From positions 3,160 to 67,159 of the IMG/VR virus record IMGVR_UViG_3300049846_002429: 64,000 nt of DNA; one strand, given 5' to 3'. The position numbers were made by a program, and so were the translations under genes. This stretch comes from a virus. The notes below the pieces were generated by a model. It had not been told where the DNA came from, ran no database searches, and saw nothing but the letters and a program-made list of their open reading frames with translations. Shown one piece after another: positions 9,634-18,963 of this stretch. How positions within the stretch are numbered: position 1 is the stretch's first letter; each line of letters starts with the position of its first letter.

Positions 9634-9689
9634 GGCTAATAATAACCATAAATTATGGCTAATAATAACCATAAATTATGGTTATTATT
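9634..9689. repeat. 23-bp tandem direct repeat (x2) ending in a perfect 14-bp-arm palindrome AATAATAACCATAA-a-TTATGGTTATTATT
   Basis: Read directly from sequence; palindrome at 9661..9689. Confidence 0.8.
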
Positions 9690-9703
9690 GGATATAAATA
9701 TGG

Positions 9704-9759
9704 ATAGTAGAGGATAGCACCGGATAGTAAGCAATAGTAGCCAATAGTAAGGCTAGATA
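9704..9759. repeat. five ATAG(T/C)A iterons at exact 10-bp phasing
   Basis: Iterons at 9704, 9714, 9724, 9734 and 9744, plus a degenerate sixth copy. Confidence 0.75.
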
Positions 9760-9894
9760 CGCAAAATTGACGGTTTTTGAGCCACGCATCATTTGCCCGA
9801 AACAGTAATAGATTCGCGCTTTTCGATGTTGTGGTATTTGTGCGCCCAAAAGGATAGAAAGCGACATTTGATATGAATGGTAAGGAGATTAAAA

Positions 9895-10245
9895 ATGGAT
9901 AAAGTAATTGCATGGTGGAAAGATCTGGTTAACAAAATGAACGAAAAGGGAATTCCACTCCCCATGGTTCGCGTGAACGGCAAGGCTTCTGTAACTGGCA
10001 GTCTTGTGGTTGTTTCTGCGTTTTTGATGGCACTGCCAATTGTTATCATGGTTGCCACTGTAATCACTAGGATTGCAGGTCTTTTCACCCTTAATGAGGC
10101 TAATCAACAACAACTAATGAACGCATTCAGCGCAGCAATTCAAATGCACATCGCAGCATTAGGTGCTTATCTTGGCCGTGGAATGCAGCGCGGAGCCGAT
10201 GGCAAGGTTATTATGGAAAAATCTTCGGAGCCTGAACAGAAATAG
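9895..10245 (+). CDS. small membrane protein
   Basis: RBS AAGGAG 7 nt upstream; TM segment VVVSAFLMALPIVIMVATVI. Confidence 0.5.
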   Translation: MDKVIAWWKDLVNKMNEKGIPLPMVRVNGKASVTGSLVVVSAFLMALPIVIMVATVITRIAGLFTLNEANQQQLMNAFSAAIQMHIAALGAYLGRGMQRGADGKVIMEKSSEPEQK

Positions 10246-10246
10246 T

Positions 10247-10255
10247 GGTATAATA
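10247..10255 (+). promoter_or_regulatory. extended -10 promoter TGGTATAAT
   Basis: AGTGGTATAAT. Confidence 0.45.
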
Positions 10256-10292
10256 CATCATGATTAACACGATAGAAACATACAGGAGCGGC

Positions 10293-10514
10293 ATGATACA
10301 GGACAAAGGCATCAGAGTTTACCAAACTCTAAAAGACGTTGAGATGGATATTTTAGGCGAAATTCGAGTTATATCAGAAGTTCGAGTTTCCTACACAGTA
10401 GATGGCAACGGCAAAGTCAGCCGTTGCATTTCGTTTGAAGAATACAATCGCATTGCCGATGAAATTCACCGAATGCTACGCGCAAAACGACGAGTATATC
10501 ACGAGCACGATTAG
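10293..10514 (+). CDS. hypothetical protein
   Basis: Internal ATG preceded by ACAGGAG; the ORF's first ATG at 10260 lies only 5 nt after the -10 element. Confidence 0.45.
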   Translation: MIQDKGIRVYQTLKDVEMDILGEIRVISEVRVSYTVDGNGKVSRCISFEEYNRIADEIHRMLRAKRRVYHEHD

Positions 10515-10726
10515 TGAAACATTGGAACTCGAATCAACACGATTGAGTTTCCATCGGCTCCAAAGTAAGAATTCATCATCGCATCATTAGCTGTAGCCTC
10601 TTCCCACAATACATTCCGTTGTTCTGCAAAACTAAGCTGAGCCATTAACAAATGCTTAGCATTGAAGTTGAAGATAGAGCCAGCCTTAAACTCAAAGCAG
10701 TCTTTTGCCAATCTGTAGTATTTCAT
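10511..10726 (-). CDS. hypothetical protein
   Basis: 71-aa ORF convergent with plus genes. Confidence 0.4.
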   Translation of the reverse strand: MKYYRLAKDCFEFKAGSIFNFNAKHLLMAQLSFAEQRNVLWEEATANDAMMNSYFGADGNSIVLIRVPMFH

Positions 10727-10862
10727 TTTCCCTCCAAGCTATTTACTTTCAATTGTGTGTAAATAACGAAATATAAAATAACTCCTTCTAGATTTTTAGC
10801 ATCATTGACATAAATTAGCAAAAGCGTAACAGCCAATGCTCCTAAGCTATAAATCAAGTTTT

Positions 10863-11108
10863 TCATTTTCCCTCCTGATTAGGTGATGTGAAATCAAGAA
10901 ACGGCAAGCACAAAACGATAAGCTGTGCGCGGCTTTTAACGTGCAATGTTGTATAAATGTTAGTCAAATGCATCTTCACGCCTTTTTCAGTAATGAAGAG
11001 CTGATTGCCAATTTCAGCGTTGCTCAAGCCACGAGATACTAGATCTGCGACCTCAGCCTGTCTGTTTGTAAGACCTTTTTGAATCAGGACGTTTTGTAAT
11101 TTGTTCAT
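10863..11108 (-). CDS. LuxR/GerE-type HTH transcriptional regulator
   Basis: Motif LTNRQAEVADLVSRGLSNAEIGNQLFITEKGVKMHLTNIY; RBS AGGGAG 8 nt upstream of ATG. Confidence 0.6.
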   Translation of the reverse strand: MNKLQNVLIQKGLTNRQAEVADLVSRGLSNAEIGNQLFITEKGVKMHLTNIYTTLHVKSRAQLIVLCLPFLDFTSPNQEGK

Positions 11109-11109
11109 T

Positions 11110-11487
11110 TTATGCTCCCTTCGCATATTTTTTAAATATAGCATACACTTCTTGCTTTGTGCAAGGAATACTTACTTTTGCGCTCATTAAAGGACACTTT
11201 TCGTCATGTCCAACACCAAAATAGGTGTGAACCAATTCATGAAATACAACGTGACGGAGGATATCGTCGTTATCAGCCACAACATTACGCATAATAGAGA
11301 TGTGCTTAACGCGCAGGTGAGCGGTGCCAAGAACATTGCCTTCGTTTTCAACAATACGAACTTCCACACGAGGAAGGCCAGGAACAAGCTTGTTAGCCTC
11401 ATAAACTAGCGCTATAACTTTACGGCGAAGAGCGAACACCTGATTGTTCATTTCCAAGTTCTTTCGACCTACTACGTTCTTTTTCAT
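11110..11487 (-). CDS. small zinc metallopeptidase-like protein (HExxH)
   Basis: Motif VVFHELVHTYFGVGHDE. Confidence 0.5.
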   Translation of the reverse strand: MKKNVVGRKNLEMNNQVFALRRKVIALVYEANKLVPGLPRVEVRIVENEGNVLGTAHLRVKHISIMRNVVADNDDILRHVVFHELVHTYFGVGHDEKCPLMSAKVSIPCTKQEVYAIFKKYAKGA

Positions 11488-11573
11488 ATTGCCTCCAAGG
11501 TTTAAGTTGCTGACATAAACAGATTATCAACAACTAAACCTATTTGCAAATTATTTTTACAAATGTCTCATCA

Positions 11574-12047
11574 TTATACACTAGCGTAAATAGCCTCATC
11601 TAGCTTATGAGCAAGCTCAAGGAACTTAATGAAATTCTTACGTTTTGTATCAAAATATTCCTGAACCTCTTCAACGCTATTTGTATCGCTGAATAGATCG
11701 GCTCGTATAGGCTTCACATAAGGAAGCTCTTTAACGAGCTGTGCCAATAGATAGGCATTGTCGGGGGAGATGTAGCCACGATCATCAATAACACCTTCCT
11801 CAGCTAATTGCCACCATGACAAACCAAGCATCCAGAATAAACTTGAATCGTTGTAGCTATCACGGAAATAGCCTTCGCTGTTAGACAAGTTGTAATATTT
11901 TTCAACCTCTTTTTGAGCTTTTTCAGCTTCAGCTTTCATGCCACGACTCATAAAGTCGTTACGCTTTTTAACAGCAGCATCAAAGAGAGGGTCGTACTTA
12001 GCTCGAACCTGTCTAGAAACGCTTTGAATATAAAGATCTGCACCCAT
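11574..12047 (-). CDS. hypothetical protein
   Basis: RBS AAGGAG 7 nt before the internal ATG; the longer N-terminal extension would overlap the next gene. Confidence 0.5.
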   Translation of the reverse strand: MGADLYIQSVSRQVRAKYDPLFDAAVKKRNDFMSRGMKAEAEKAQKEVEKYYNLSNSEGYFRDSYNDSSLFWMLGLSWWQLAEEGVIDDRGYISPDNAYLLAQLVKELPYVKPIRADLFSDTNSVEEVQEYFDTKRKNFIKFLELAHKLDEAIYASV

Positions 12048-12066
12048 TGTAAACTCCTTTGTTAAG

Positions 12067-12363
12067 TTATTCTTTTTCTTCTTTAAATGAACGCTCTTGC
12101 CACTCTGCTTCTTCTTTGTAGATTTCATCCCACATCTTGTTTTCAGCCTCCAGCTCTTCAACTGTCATGGCTGAGCCATCTGGGTCAATAGTGTTAACAG
12201 CCAAAGTTTTCATGTCTTTTAAGATAAGCTCCTGATCTTCCTTGTCGAAACCATCCCAGCATTCTTGAGGTAACTCGATGTTGAAAGGAATGGTTCCACC
12301 AAAGATTCCAACGCTAGGGTCAGAGAATGTTGAAACTAATAGTTCAATTCTTTTCATTTTCAT
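12067..12363 (-). CDS. hypothetical acidic protein
   Basis: 98-aa ORF. Confidence 0.5.
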   Translation of the reverse strand: MKMKRIELLVSTFSDPSVGIFGGTIPFNIELPQECWDGFDKEDQELILKDMKTLAVNTIDPDGSAMTVEELEAENKMWDEIYKEEAEWQERSFKEEKE

Positions 12364-12384
12364 GCAAAGCTCCTTGTTATCTAA

Positions 12385-12597
12385 TCATCCTATATGACTT
12401 TTAACGTATTTGCCAGGAATATCTGACTTTCGTACCTCTCTGGTACGTATCATTTTGTCTAGAGCATCCAAGATCTGTGTGTCGTCTAGTTTGATGTTGC
12501 GAAGTAATAGCTTTGCCTTTATCTCTGAAACGCTCATAGCGCCATACATTTGTAAAGCGCCTTTAATATCGTTTTTGTAAAATTCACCTGAAATCAT
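12385..12597 (-). CDS. hypothetical protein
   Basis: 70-aa ORF. Confidence 0.45.
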   Translation of the reverse strand: MISGEFYKNDIKGALQMYGAMSVSEIKAKLLLRNIKLDDTQILDALDKMIRTREVRKSDIPGKYVKSHIG

Positions 12598-12842
12598 AAT
12601 CCACCCTTAGCCTTTGAGATTAAAGTTCTAATTTCTTCCGCAAATACATGGCTTTCAGATTCAGAATAATCAAAAAAGTTGATCGCATCCTCAAGAGCAC
12701 TTAATAGCTCAGGCGCTAACACGAATAGTCGCAAACATTCTTTAGCGTTGGCCGGATGTACGTTAGCCAAATGAACGTCCTTTTCGTTGTATATAGAATA
12801 CTCATTCGTATGTTCAGATTCAAATTTATAGTGGAATTTCAT
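12594..12842 (-). CDS. hypothetical protein
   Basis: 82-aa ORF, coupled. Confidence 0.45.
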   Translation of the reverse strand: MKFHYKFESEHTNEYSIYNEKDVHLANVHPANAKECLRLFVLAPELLSALEDAINFFDYSESESHVFAEEIRTLISKAKGGL

Positions 12843-13222
12843 CGATTGCTCCTATTCTCAACTCGATCTTCCAAAAGAGGCATAAGATCTTCAACAAAGA
12901 CATCGTTCACTTCTTCGACCACTTCGTTTATGATATCGAATTTTTTAACGCCGAGCTGCTTAGCTACTTGATTTTGTACGCGAGTAGGCTTGATGAATTT
13001 AACGTCATAGAGATCGCCACCATTCAAGGTTATCTGCACAATGCCTTTGAAGGATAGTCCACTTACATTGAATTGTAGGCCATTTTGAATAGTGACAGGC
13101 TTATTGACGCCCATGCACCAGACAAGGTTGCGGTCGATAGCGTTCATTTGAGACCAAATTTCTTGTGCAATTGATCGACTGTTAATATTCATAAAAACCT
13201 CCCAATAAGATAATTCTACCAA
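12839..13222 (-). CDS. hypothetical protein
   Basis: 127-aa ORF. Confidence 0.5.
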   Translation of the reverse strand: MVELSYWEVFMNINSRSIAQEIWSQMNAIDRNLVWCMGVNKPVTIQNGLQFNVSGLSFKGIVQITLNGGDLYDVKFIKPTRVQNQVAKQLGVKKFDIINEVVEEVNDVFVEDLMPLLEDRVENRSNR

Positions 13223-13242
13223 AAACTAGACCAAAGTCAATA

Positions 13243-13497
13243 TTACGCAGCAATTTTCTCAATATCGATCACCGCAGTATCTTCCATGTTGCTTAAGTAT
13301 GCGGAATAACTAATAAAACCGTTATGATGAGTATTTAAAAGGAAATCGGTAGCGAAATCCAATACGTTTATATCAGAGCTAAGGCGAGTGTAGCGGCCAA
13401 ACAGGAAGAACAGCACAGCCTCGTTTTTATGTAAATTTACATAAACTTTTACCGGAAAGCCCTTAACCATGATCACATTTAACGTCCAGTTGTTCAT
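13243..13497 (-). CDS. hypothetical protein
   Basis: Internal ATG with GAGGTG RBS; the N-terminal part of the longer ORF looks non-coding. Confidence 0.4.
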   Translation of the reverse strand: MNNWTLNVIMVKGFPVKVYVNLHKNEAVLFFLFGRYTRLSSDINVLDFATDFLLNTHHNGFISYSAYLSNMEDTAVIDIEKIAA

Positions 13498-13592
13498 AAT
13501 CACCTCACTTGTATAGTATATCGTCATCTGACTAAAAAACTCAAGTAAATAATTGAAATAATTCAGGAATGTGTCATTTTGAGACGTTTTTG

Positions 13593-13601
13593 TGGTATGA
13601 T
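13593..13601 (+). promoter_or_regulatory. promoter variant TGGTATGAT
   Basis: TTGTGGTATGAT upstream of tail operon. Confidence 0.35.
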
Positions 13602-13654
13602 AGGGAAAAGGACAATCTTTAGAGGTATACCATCGATTTCTATAAGGTAAACTA

Positions 13655-16084
13655 ATGGCTGAAGACAAAGAGATAAGAATACGAGCTGTCCTTGATGCAT
13701 CGACCTTTGATAAGGGCATCAATGAGATTCAAGAGAAGCTCCGCAGAATCACCCAACAACAGGCTCAAGCTACAGGCGCTAGGCAAAACCTTGGCAAAGA
13801 CTCTGTTATGGGTAAGTATGCCCAACAAGCCTTTGGTGATTTTAGCAAAGAATCTCAACGTCAATTAGAGCAGATGTATCAGGTGCAGCGCCGTGAAGCT
13901 GTGAATCAATCGATCACCATGAAGGGTAAGCAACAAGAGCTTGAAAAGATGCTCAAGATTGATGGGGAGTTGACAAAACAACAACAACAGCGCCTTGAGT
14001 TCCTAAAGAAAGAAATTGACCTACTTAAAGAAAAACATAGACAGACATTAACCACTGCAGCAGAAACACAAAAAGCTCTCGATAAGATGGGCGGCGGTGC
14101 AGGTGGAGCAGGCGGTGGTGGAACCCCTCCTGGCGGTGGTCCTACTCCTCCAGGACCATCAGGCCCTGGAATGTTCAGTGCTTTGATTAAACAAATTGGT
14201 GTTGCTGCTATTATTAAAGGTGTTGTTAATGCTGCAGCAACAGGTGTCCAAGATTATATCTCTCGTGATCGTAAAATAGCCATGAATAACGCTGCAACCA
14301 TGAATATTGGTTCGCGTGAAATGCGCGAAGGCATGTCTGGTCAAGGCTCTCGTGGTATGTTTTGGAATGCTGAACGCGCAAGAGCAATGCAAGCTGCAGC
14401 AAATGAGCAGCAAAACCAACAAGGATGGAATACAGTTAAGGCTTGGGGTGGAACTGCACTTCAAGGTATTGGTATTGGAACAATGGCTCTTACTGGTTGG
14501 ACTGGTATTGGCCTAGGTATTGGAGCTGGTATAGCAGGTGCTGGAACGGCGCTTAAAGGCGGTATCATAGGAGACGAAACTTCTAGAGCTGCAATGTTTG
14601 ATCGTGAAAAGTTCCGTTCAATGATGACCAAAGAGGGTATGGAAAAGTATGAGCAGAATTTAGCTGCTGAAAAAGCCAAGAATCCTCGTAAAGCAATGGC
14701 TAGGGAATACTTTGAACAGAATCGTGATGATTTGCTTTCAATGCAGAAAATGGCTGGTCTTGGCACCGATGCTGAATTGATGGGTGAAGGCGGCGTTGGA
14801 ATTCTACAGCGCAATATGAAATATGGCGGTCAGTTTGGCGGTGTAAATTTTAGCCAACAAACCATACAAGATCAAATGGCAGCCCTTTCTCAGGGTGGAG
14901 CTATGACCGAAGGTATCAGAGATTTATCTGGTGCTGCAGCAACATACAACCGTCAATTTAATTTATCAAATGCTGGCGGCGTTATGGGTAAGATACAGGG
15001 CAATACAGGAATGAATTCCTCTTTGACTGATATGGCTTACCAAAGATTAATGACTGAAGCAGTGCGCCTAGGCGTTGATACATCAACAATGCCACGAGAG
15101 ATGGAAAAGATGACTCAAATGGCTGCTGAATTAAGCACCGCTGGGGGAGTGAACGCGACCGGAATGGCTGATTTATTTTCCGGTGCAATTGGTGGTTTTA
15201 ATCAAAAGGCATTGCAATCTGCAGCATCTGCTGCTGAAGACTACAAAGACACCAGTAAGGGCGCAGCAGGCTGGGAAGGCCAAATGGGTTTTGGCTTCTT
15301 GCAATCTAAGAAAGCTAAAGATCTATTAGGTGGAAAGCAACTCTCTGCTAAACAAATGAATACTCTCAATCAAACGTCTGCTGCAGAGCTTGATGAAGAG
15401 GGCTTTGCTCGCATGGCCGCAGTTTACACTGATGGCGATGTTGATAAGATGAAGCAATTGTTGCAAGAAAAAGATAAGTTCAAACAAGGTCGTACAGATA
15501 CAGAAGATAAGGCCTATCAAGATCTTCAGGCTTATTTTAAAGAGTCTGGCGCTGATACTGTTGAAAAACGTAGAGCTGCTCTTCAGACTGACAAGGGTCG
15601 TAAACTATACGAAGCTGCTCGTACAGAGCGTGGCGCTACTCATGGTGATTTTTTACAGAAATCACAAGTTCAGCAAGAATCTGAAATTCTATTGCAAGCC
15701 GCTCCTGTTGGCCCTTCGGCTACAGACTTGGAGTTGATGGATTCTGAGGCTGGCAAAAAAGTAGCTGCTCAAAAAGGCAAAAAAGAAACCAGAGCTGCCG
15801 CCGTTGAAGAAGGAGCTATTGCTACTGGTGATATGGCCAGAATCGAAGCTCTCAATGAAAACCTTGAGGGATTCAAAAAAGCTGCCGCAGGGTATACAAA
15901 ATACGCAGTTGAGTATAACACTCAGTTTGAATTGATGGTAGAGGCTACTAAAAAGGGCGCAACCTCAATGACAGATATCGCTAATCATTTAAGCGCTTTG
16001 GAAAAGAAAATGGCAGACGATGCTGCACAAAATGGCGCTGTTCCTGGCGCTAAACCTGCAAGTGGCGCTACTGGTGATTGGTAA
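13655..16084 (+). CDS. tape-measure-like protein (coiled-coil N-terminus, Gly/Pro-rich and glycine-zipper segments)
   Basis: 809 aa. Contains GGGAGGAGGGGTPPGGGPTPPGPSGPG and GIGIGTMALTGWTGIGLGIGAGIAGAG, and is alpha-helical and Q/K/E-rich. Lies immediately upstream of the hub and spike. Confidence 0.55.
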   Translation: MAEDKEIRIRAVLDASTFDKGINEIQEKLRRITQQQAQATGARQNLGKDSVMGKYAQQAFGDFSKESQRQLEQMYQVQRREAVNQSITMKGKQQELEKMLKIDGELTKQQQQRLEFLKKEIDLLKEKHRQTLTTAAETQKALDKMGGGAGGAGGGGTPPGGGPTPPGPSGPGMFSALIKQIGVAAIIKGVVNAAATGVQDYISRDRKIAMNNAATMNIGSREMREGMSGQGSRGMFWNAERARAMQAAANEQQNQQGWNTVKAWGGTALQGIGIGTMALTGWTGIGLGIGAGIAGAGTALKGGIIGDETSRAAMFDREKFRSMMTKEGMEKYEQNLAAEKAKNPRKAMAREYFEQNRDDLLSMQKMAGLGTDAELMGEGGVGILQRNMKYGGQFGGVNFSQQTIQDQMAALSQGGAMTEGIRDLSGAAATYNRQFNLSNAGGVMGKIQGNTGMNSSLTDMAYQRLMTEAVRLGVDTSTMPREMEKMTQMAAELSTAGGVNATGMADLFSGAIGGFNQKALQSAASAAEDYKDTSKGAAGWEGQMGFGFLQSKKAKDLLGGKQLSAKQMNTLNQTSAAELDEEGFARMAAVYTDGDVDKMKQLLQEKDKFKQGRTDTEDKAYQDLQAYFKESGADTVEKRRAALQTDKGRKLYEAARTERGATHGDFLQKSQVQQESEILLQAAPVGPSATDLELMDSEAGKKVAAQKGKKETRAAAVEEGAIATGDMARIEALNENLEGFKKAAAGYTKYAVEYNTQFELMVEATKKGATSMTDIANHLSALEKKMADDAAQNGAVPGAKPASGATGDW

Positions 16085-16090
16085 TAGTAA

Positions 16091-17917
16091 ATGGGATATA
16101 TACGAGAGATTAATCCAAATTCACGCGATTCTCATCAGGTAAGCCCAGCTTATGTGCTTACTTTTACGCGCTGGAGTAATCGAGATACGTTTAATTATAA
16201 AGATCAAAAACCTCTAGATGTTAGAAAACCATTGGTAGTTTACAATGATGCTATTTCTGTAGTAACAACCGATTCAAAAGGCTCGATGTCTGCAACTGCC
16301 ACTGTTGTTTTGAAGTGCGGAGATATTAACTATGCTACAGCGCTTCACCCAGGCGATTTTATGATCGTCAATCTAGTTGATTGGGATAGCGAAGCTCAGG
16401 CGATACACGATAAGGCATTATTGTTAAAGCCTATTAATGAAGTAGACGATGGTTTTAAGGGAGTTTACAAGATTCAAAGCGTTGTAAAAACCTTGAGAGT
16501 TGATAGGGCGAGCGGTAATAAACAGCTATACGTTACAGTTACAGCCGCTTCGCATACAGAATTCAATAATGTTATCTATTATAATCCAGCGATTGCCGCT
16601 TCTTTTAGTGAAAAGGGAGCTGCTCTGTGGGCCACTGCAATTGGTGACTACTATAGCGATAAGCTTAAATCTGAATCTTCATGTCAGGAAGTAGTGAAGG
16701 ATTTGTTCAAGATACTTGTTGGTCAATCGCATAAGAAGCCAGACCCTAAGATCAAAAACTATGGAAACACTCACTTCAGAATACCAGCAACCCTTGGTGC
16801 TTTGCTTGGCCGACCTGATATTAAGTTTGCAAACGAATTTTTCAACTATGTAGTTGGTATGTGGAAAGATTCTAAAGAATCTAAGGTAAACGATAAGAAT
16901 ATTGGACCAGGCTTTAATCCTGGTTTTGTTCAGGATAAGAATAGACCGAACTTTATTACAACTGGAAGACCGATTCAGGGTCGCAAAGAAGTAACTCTTG
17001 AAAACTGGAATAACCAAACCTCATGGTCTATTATTCAAGGTAATATCAACTCTGTTTTGAATGAAATGTATACAACACATAGAGTTGGACCAGATAATCG
17101 TATTTATCCAACAATTGTTGTAAGACAAAAGCCGTTTACCACTGATCACTTTAAGGATTCGCAGCTAGTTACAAGGTTTTCGCAGGTTCCTAGATGGAGA
17201 ATTTCATCTAATCTTCTGTATGATCTGCAAACAAGCAAGAATGATGCTGCACGTTTTAACTTTGTGCAAGTTTATACAAGACAGTTGGCTGATACTGCTG
17301 AAATGGATATGGCCCAACAAATCTCTTTAGGTAACTTTGTTTACGATCAAGGAGATATCCAGCGTCAAGGCTTGAGGCCATATGTCGTCACTTCTAACTT
17401 TGACTTTCCTGCAGGTAAGGGTACGAATAGCGACAAGCAATTACATGGATACATATGGTCTAGAATCGTTGGTGACTGGGTTATCGATGGTCACTTGAAA
17501 GAATCTGGCGTCCTTACTTTCCAAGGATTGAAAGACCCTGTTGCTGTTGGCGACAATTTGGAATTTGATAATGTTATTTATCATATTGAGGGCGTTTCTC
17601 ACACAATGACAATTAATGGAGATAAGAAGAGCTGGACAACCAAGCTCACTGTTACCTATGGTATTGATATGAGCAGCTCTAAGGCCGGACCAGTTTACGC
17701 CAACATGACGCACACAGATGCTCAGACGCAAAACGACGAGGATTGGGTAAACGAGCGTATCTTGCCAGGTATTTCGGATACTCAGGATATAACTGGAAGA
17801 GTAAATGGTGAAGAGATTAAACCTACTGAACAAATTAGCTTCACTCCAAAGAAACTTCAAAAGCCTCGCAAGAATGCAAAGCAAAGAAATTCGCGTAACG
17901 ATGGAGAGAATAACTAA
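16091..17917 (+). CDS. putative baseplate hub protein
   Basis: 608 aa, between tape-measure and spike genes. Assigned by position only. Confidence 0.4.
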   Translation: MGYIREINPNSRDSHQVSPAYVLTFTRWSNRDTFNYKDQKPLDVRKPLVVYNDAISVVTTDSKGSMSATATVVLKCGDINYATALHPGDFMIVNLVDWDSEAQAIHDKALLLKPINEVDDGFKGVYKIQSVVKTLRVDRASGNKQLYVTVTAASHTEFNNVIYYNPAIAASFSEKGAALWATAIGDYYSDKLKSESSCQEVVKDLFKILVGQSHKKPDPKIKNYGNTHFRIPATLGALLGRPDIKFANEFFNYVVGMWKDSKESKVNDKNIGPGFNPGFVQDKNRPNFITTGRPIQGRKEVTLENWNNQTSWSIIQGNINSVLNEMYTTHRVGPDNRIYPTIVVRQKPFTTDHFKDSQLVTRFSQVPRWRISSNLLYDLQTSKNDAARFNFVQVYTRQLADTAEMDMAQQISLGNFVYDQGDIQRQGLRPYVVTSNFDFPAGKGTNSDKQLHGYIWSRIVGDWVIDGHLKESGVLTFQGLKDPVAVGDNLEFDNVIYHIEGVSHTMTINGDKKSWTTKLTVTYGIDMSSSKAGPVYANMTHTDAQTQNDEDWVNERILPGISDTQDITGRVNGEEIKPTEQISFTPKKLQKPRKNAKQRNSRNDGENN

Positions 17918-18954
17918 TGTCTATAGGATATAAACCAGTTTTACCATCATCTATTCTAGCTGGCCGTGGGCCAATGGATATGAATTTCTCCAAAAGCCTT
18001 GGCAATAACACATCTTTGCGCCTTGGAGTTGTGGTTGATATTATTGAAATTGAAGACGAACGCAACCTTTCTAAGTTAATGCCTGAATATGATGTGATGG
18101 TGATCGAGAACGATAACACATCAATTTATAAACACTGCATGTCTTTTGACACTTTTGGGGGAGTTGGGGATTATTTCACAGCTAAGCTCCGAAAGCCTAA
18201 AGACCCAAAGAAAGTAAAGAAAAGCTCATCACTAAAGAAGCAGAATGGCTCAATCGTTCTACTGTTGTGTATTGATGGTTCTTCAGAGCAAGGTATTATT
18301 GTAGGAGCAATCGCTCACCCAGATCGTAAAAATGGCAAGCTTACTAAAGCTAAGGGCCATCATATGGAAGGGGAGTTTAACGGAATCAATTGGGCAATTG
18401 ATAAAGACGGCGCTCTCACTGTTACTTTTAAGTCTGCCACTGACAATGATGCAAAGCCACAAAATGCTAAGGCAGGCGGCTCGACCATCAAGATGGAAAA
18501 AGATGGCTCTATCCAGGCTTCTGATGGCAACAAAGAAACTATCAGGATTGATAAGACTAAGAAAACGATCAGCATGACGGCTGAATCCGACATCTCTGCA
18601 ACCACTGATGCAAATGCAAATATCACGGCTAAGAAGAATATCAACGCTAAGGCAACGGCTAATTTGCTTGCAGAAGCAGGTGGCTCTGCCACCATGAAAT
18701 CAGGCGGCGCATTTGATATTAACGCAGGCGGCGCATTTAGTGTAAAAGCTCCGAGCGTTAACATCAACTCTGACGGAGCTGCCATGGTTAAGGCCAGCTC
18801 TGTTAATTTGAATGCACCTTCCGTTATGGTAGGCCCTGGTGGAAGCCCAGCAGTTACTCTGAGCACTCAATTTATGGGTATTGGTAACTTAGGAATGCCA
18901 GTAATTTCAGTAGCAATTGGACCTTTTTCTGGGTCTGTTTTTGTAGGAGCATAG
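17917..18954 (+). CDS. baseplate central spike (gp5/gpV-like OB-fold plus C-terminal beta-helix)
   Basis: C-terminal pseudo-repeats (DINAGGAFSVKAPSVNINSDGAAMVKASSVNLNAPSVMV); N-terminus LRLGVVVDI OB-like. Confidence 0.55.
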   Translation: MSIGYKPVLPSSILAGRGPMDMNFSKSLGNNTSLRLGVVVDIIEIEDERNLSKLMPEYDVMVIENDNTSIYKHCMSFDTFGGVGDYFTAKLRKPKDPKKVKKSSSLKKQNGSIVLLLCIDGSSEQGIIVGAIAHPDRKNGKLTKAKGHHMEGEFNGINWAIDKDGALTVTFKSATDNDAKPQNAKAGGSTIKMEKDGSIQASDGNKETIRIDKTKKTISMTAESDISATTDANANITAKKNINAKATANLLAEAGGSATMKSGGAFDINAGGAFSVKAPSVNINSDGAAMVKASSVNLNAPSVMVGPGGSPAVTLSTQFMGIGNLGMPVISVAIGPFSGSVFVGA

Positions 18955-18963
18955 GAGAATAAT

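Noticed and set aside
9634-9689. Possible CRISPR array
   Set aside because: Only two copies of a 23-bp repeat with no spacers; no cas genes. Better explained as an ori- or operator-like repeat-palindrome.
14159-14814. Minus-strand ORFs (101 and 117 aa) inside the tape-measure gene
   Set aside because: Antisense to a GC/Gly-codon-rich region that generates spurious ORFs; no RBS or promoter.
18360-18866. 168-aa minus-strand ORF antisense to the spike beta-helix
   Set aside because: Repeat-driven antisense ORF with no start context.
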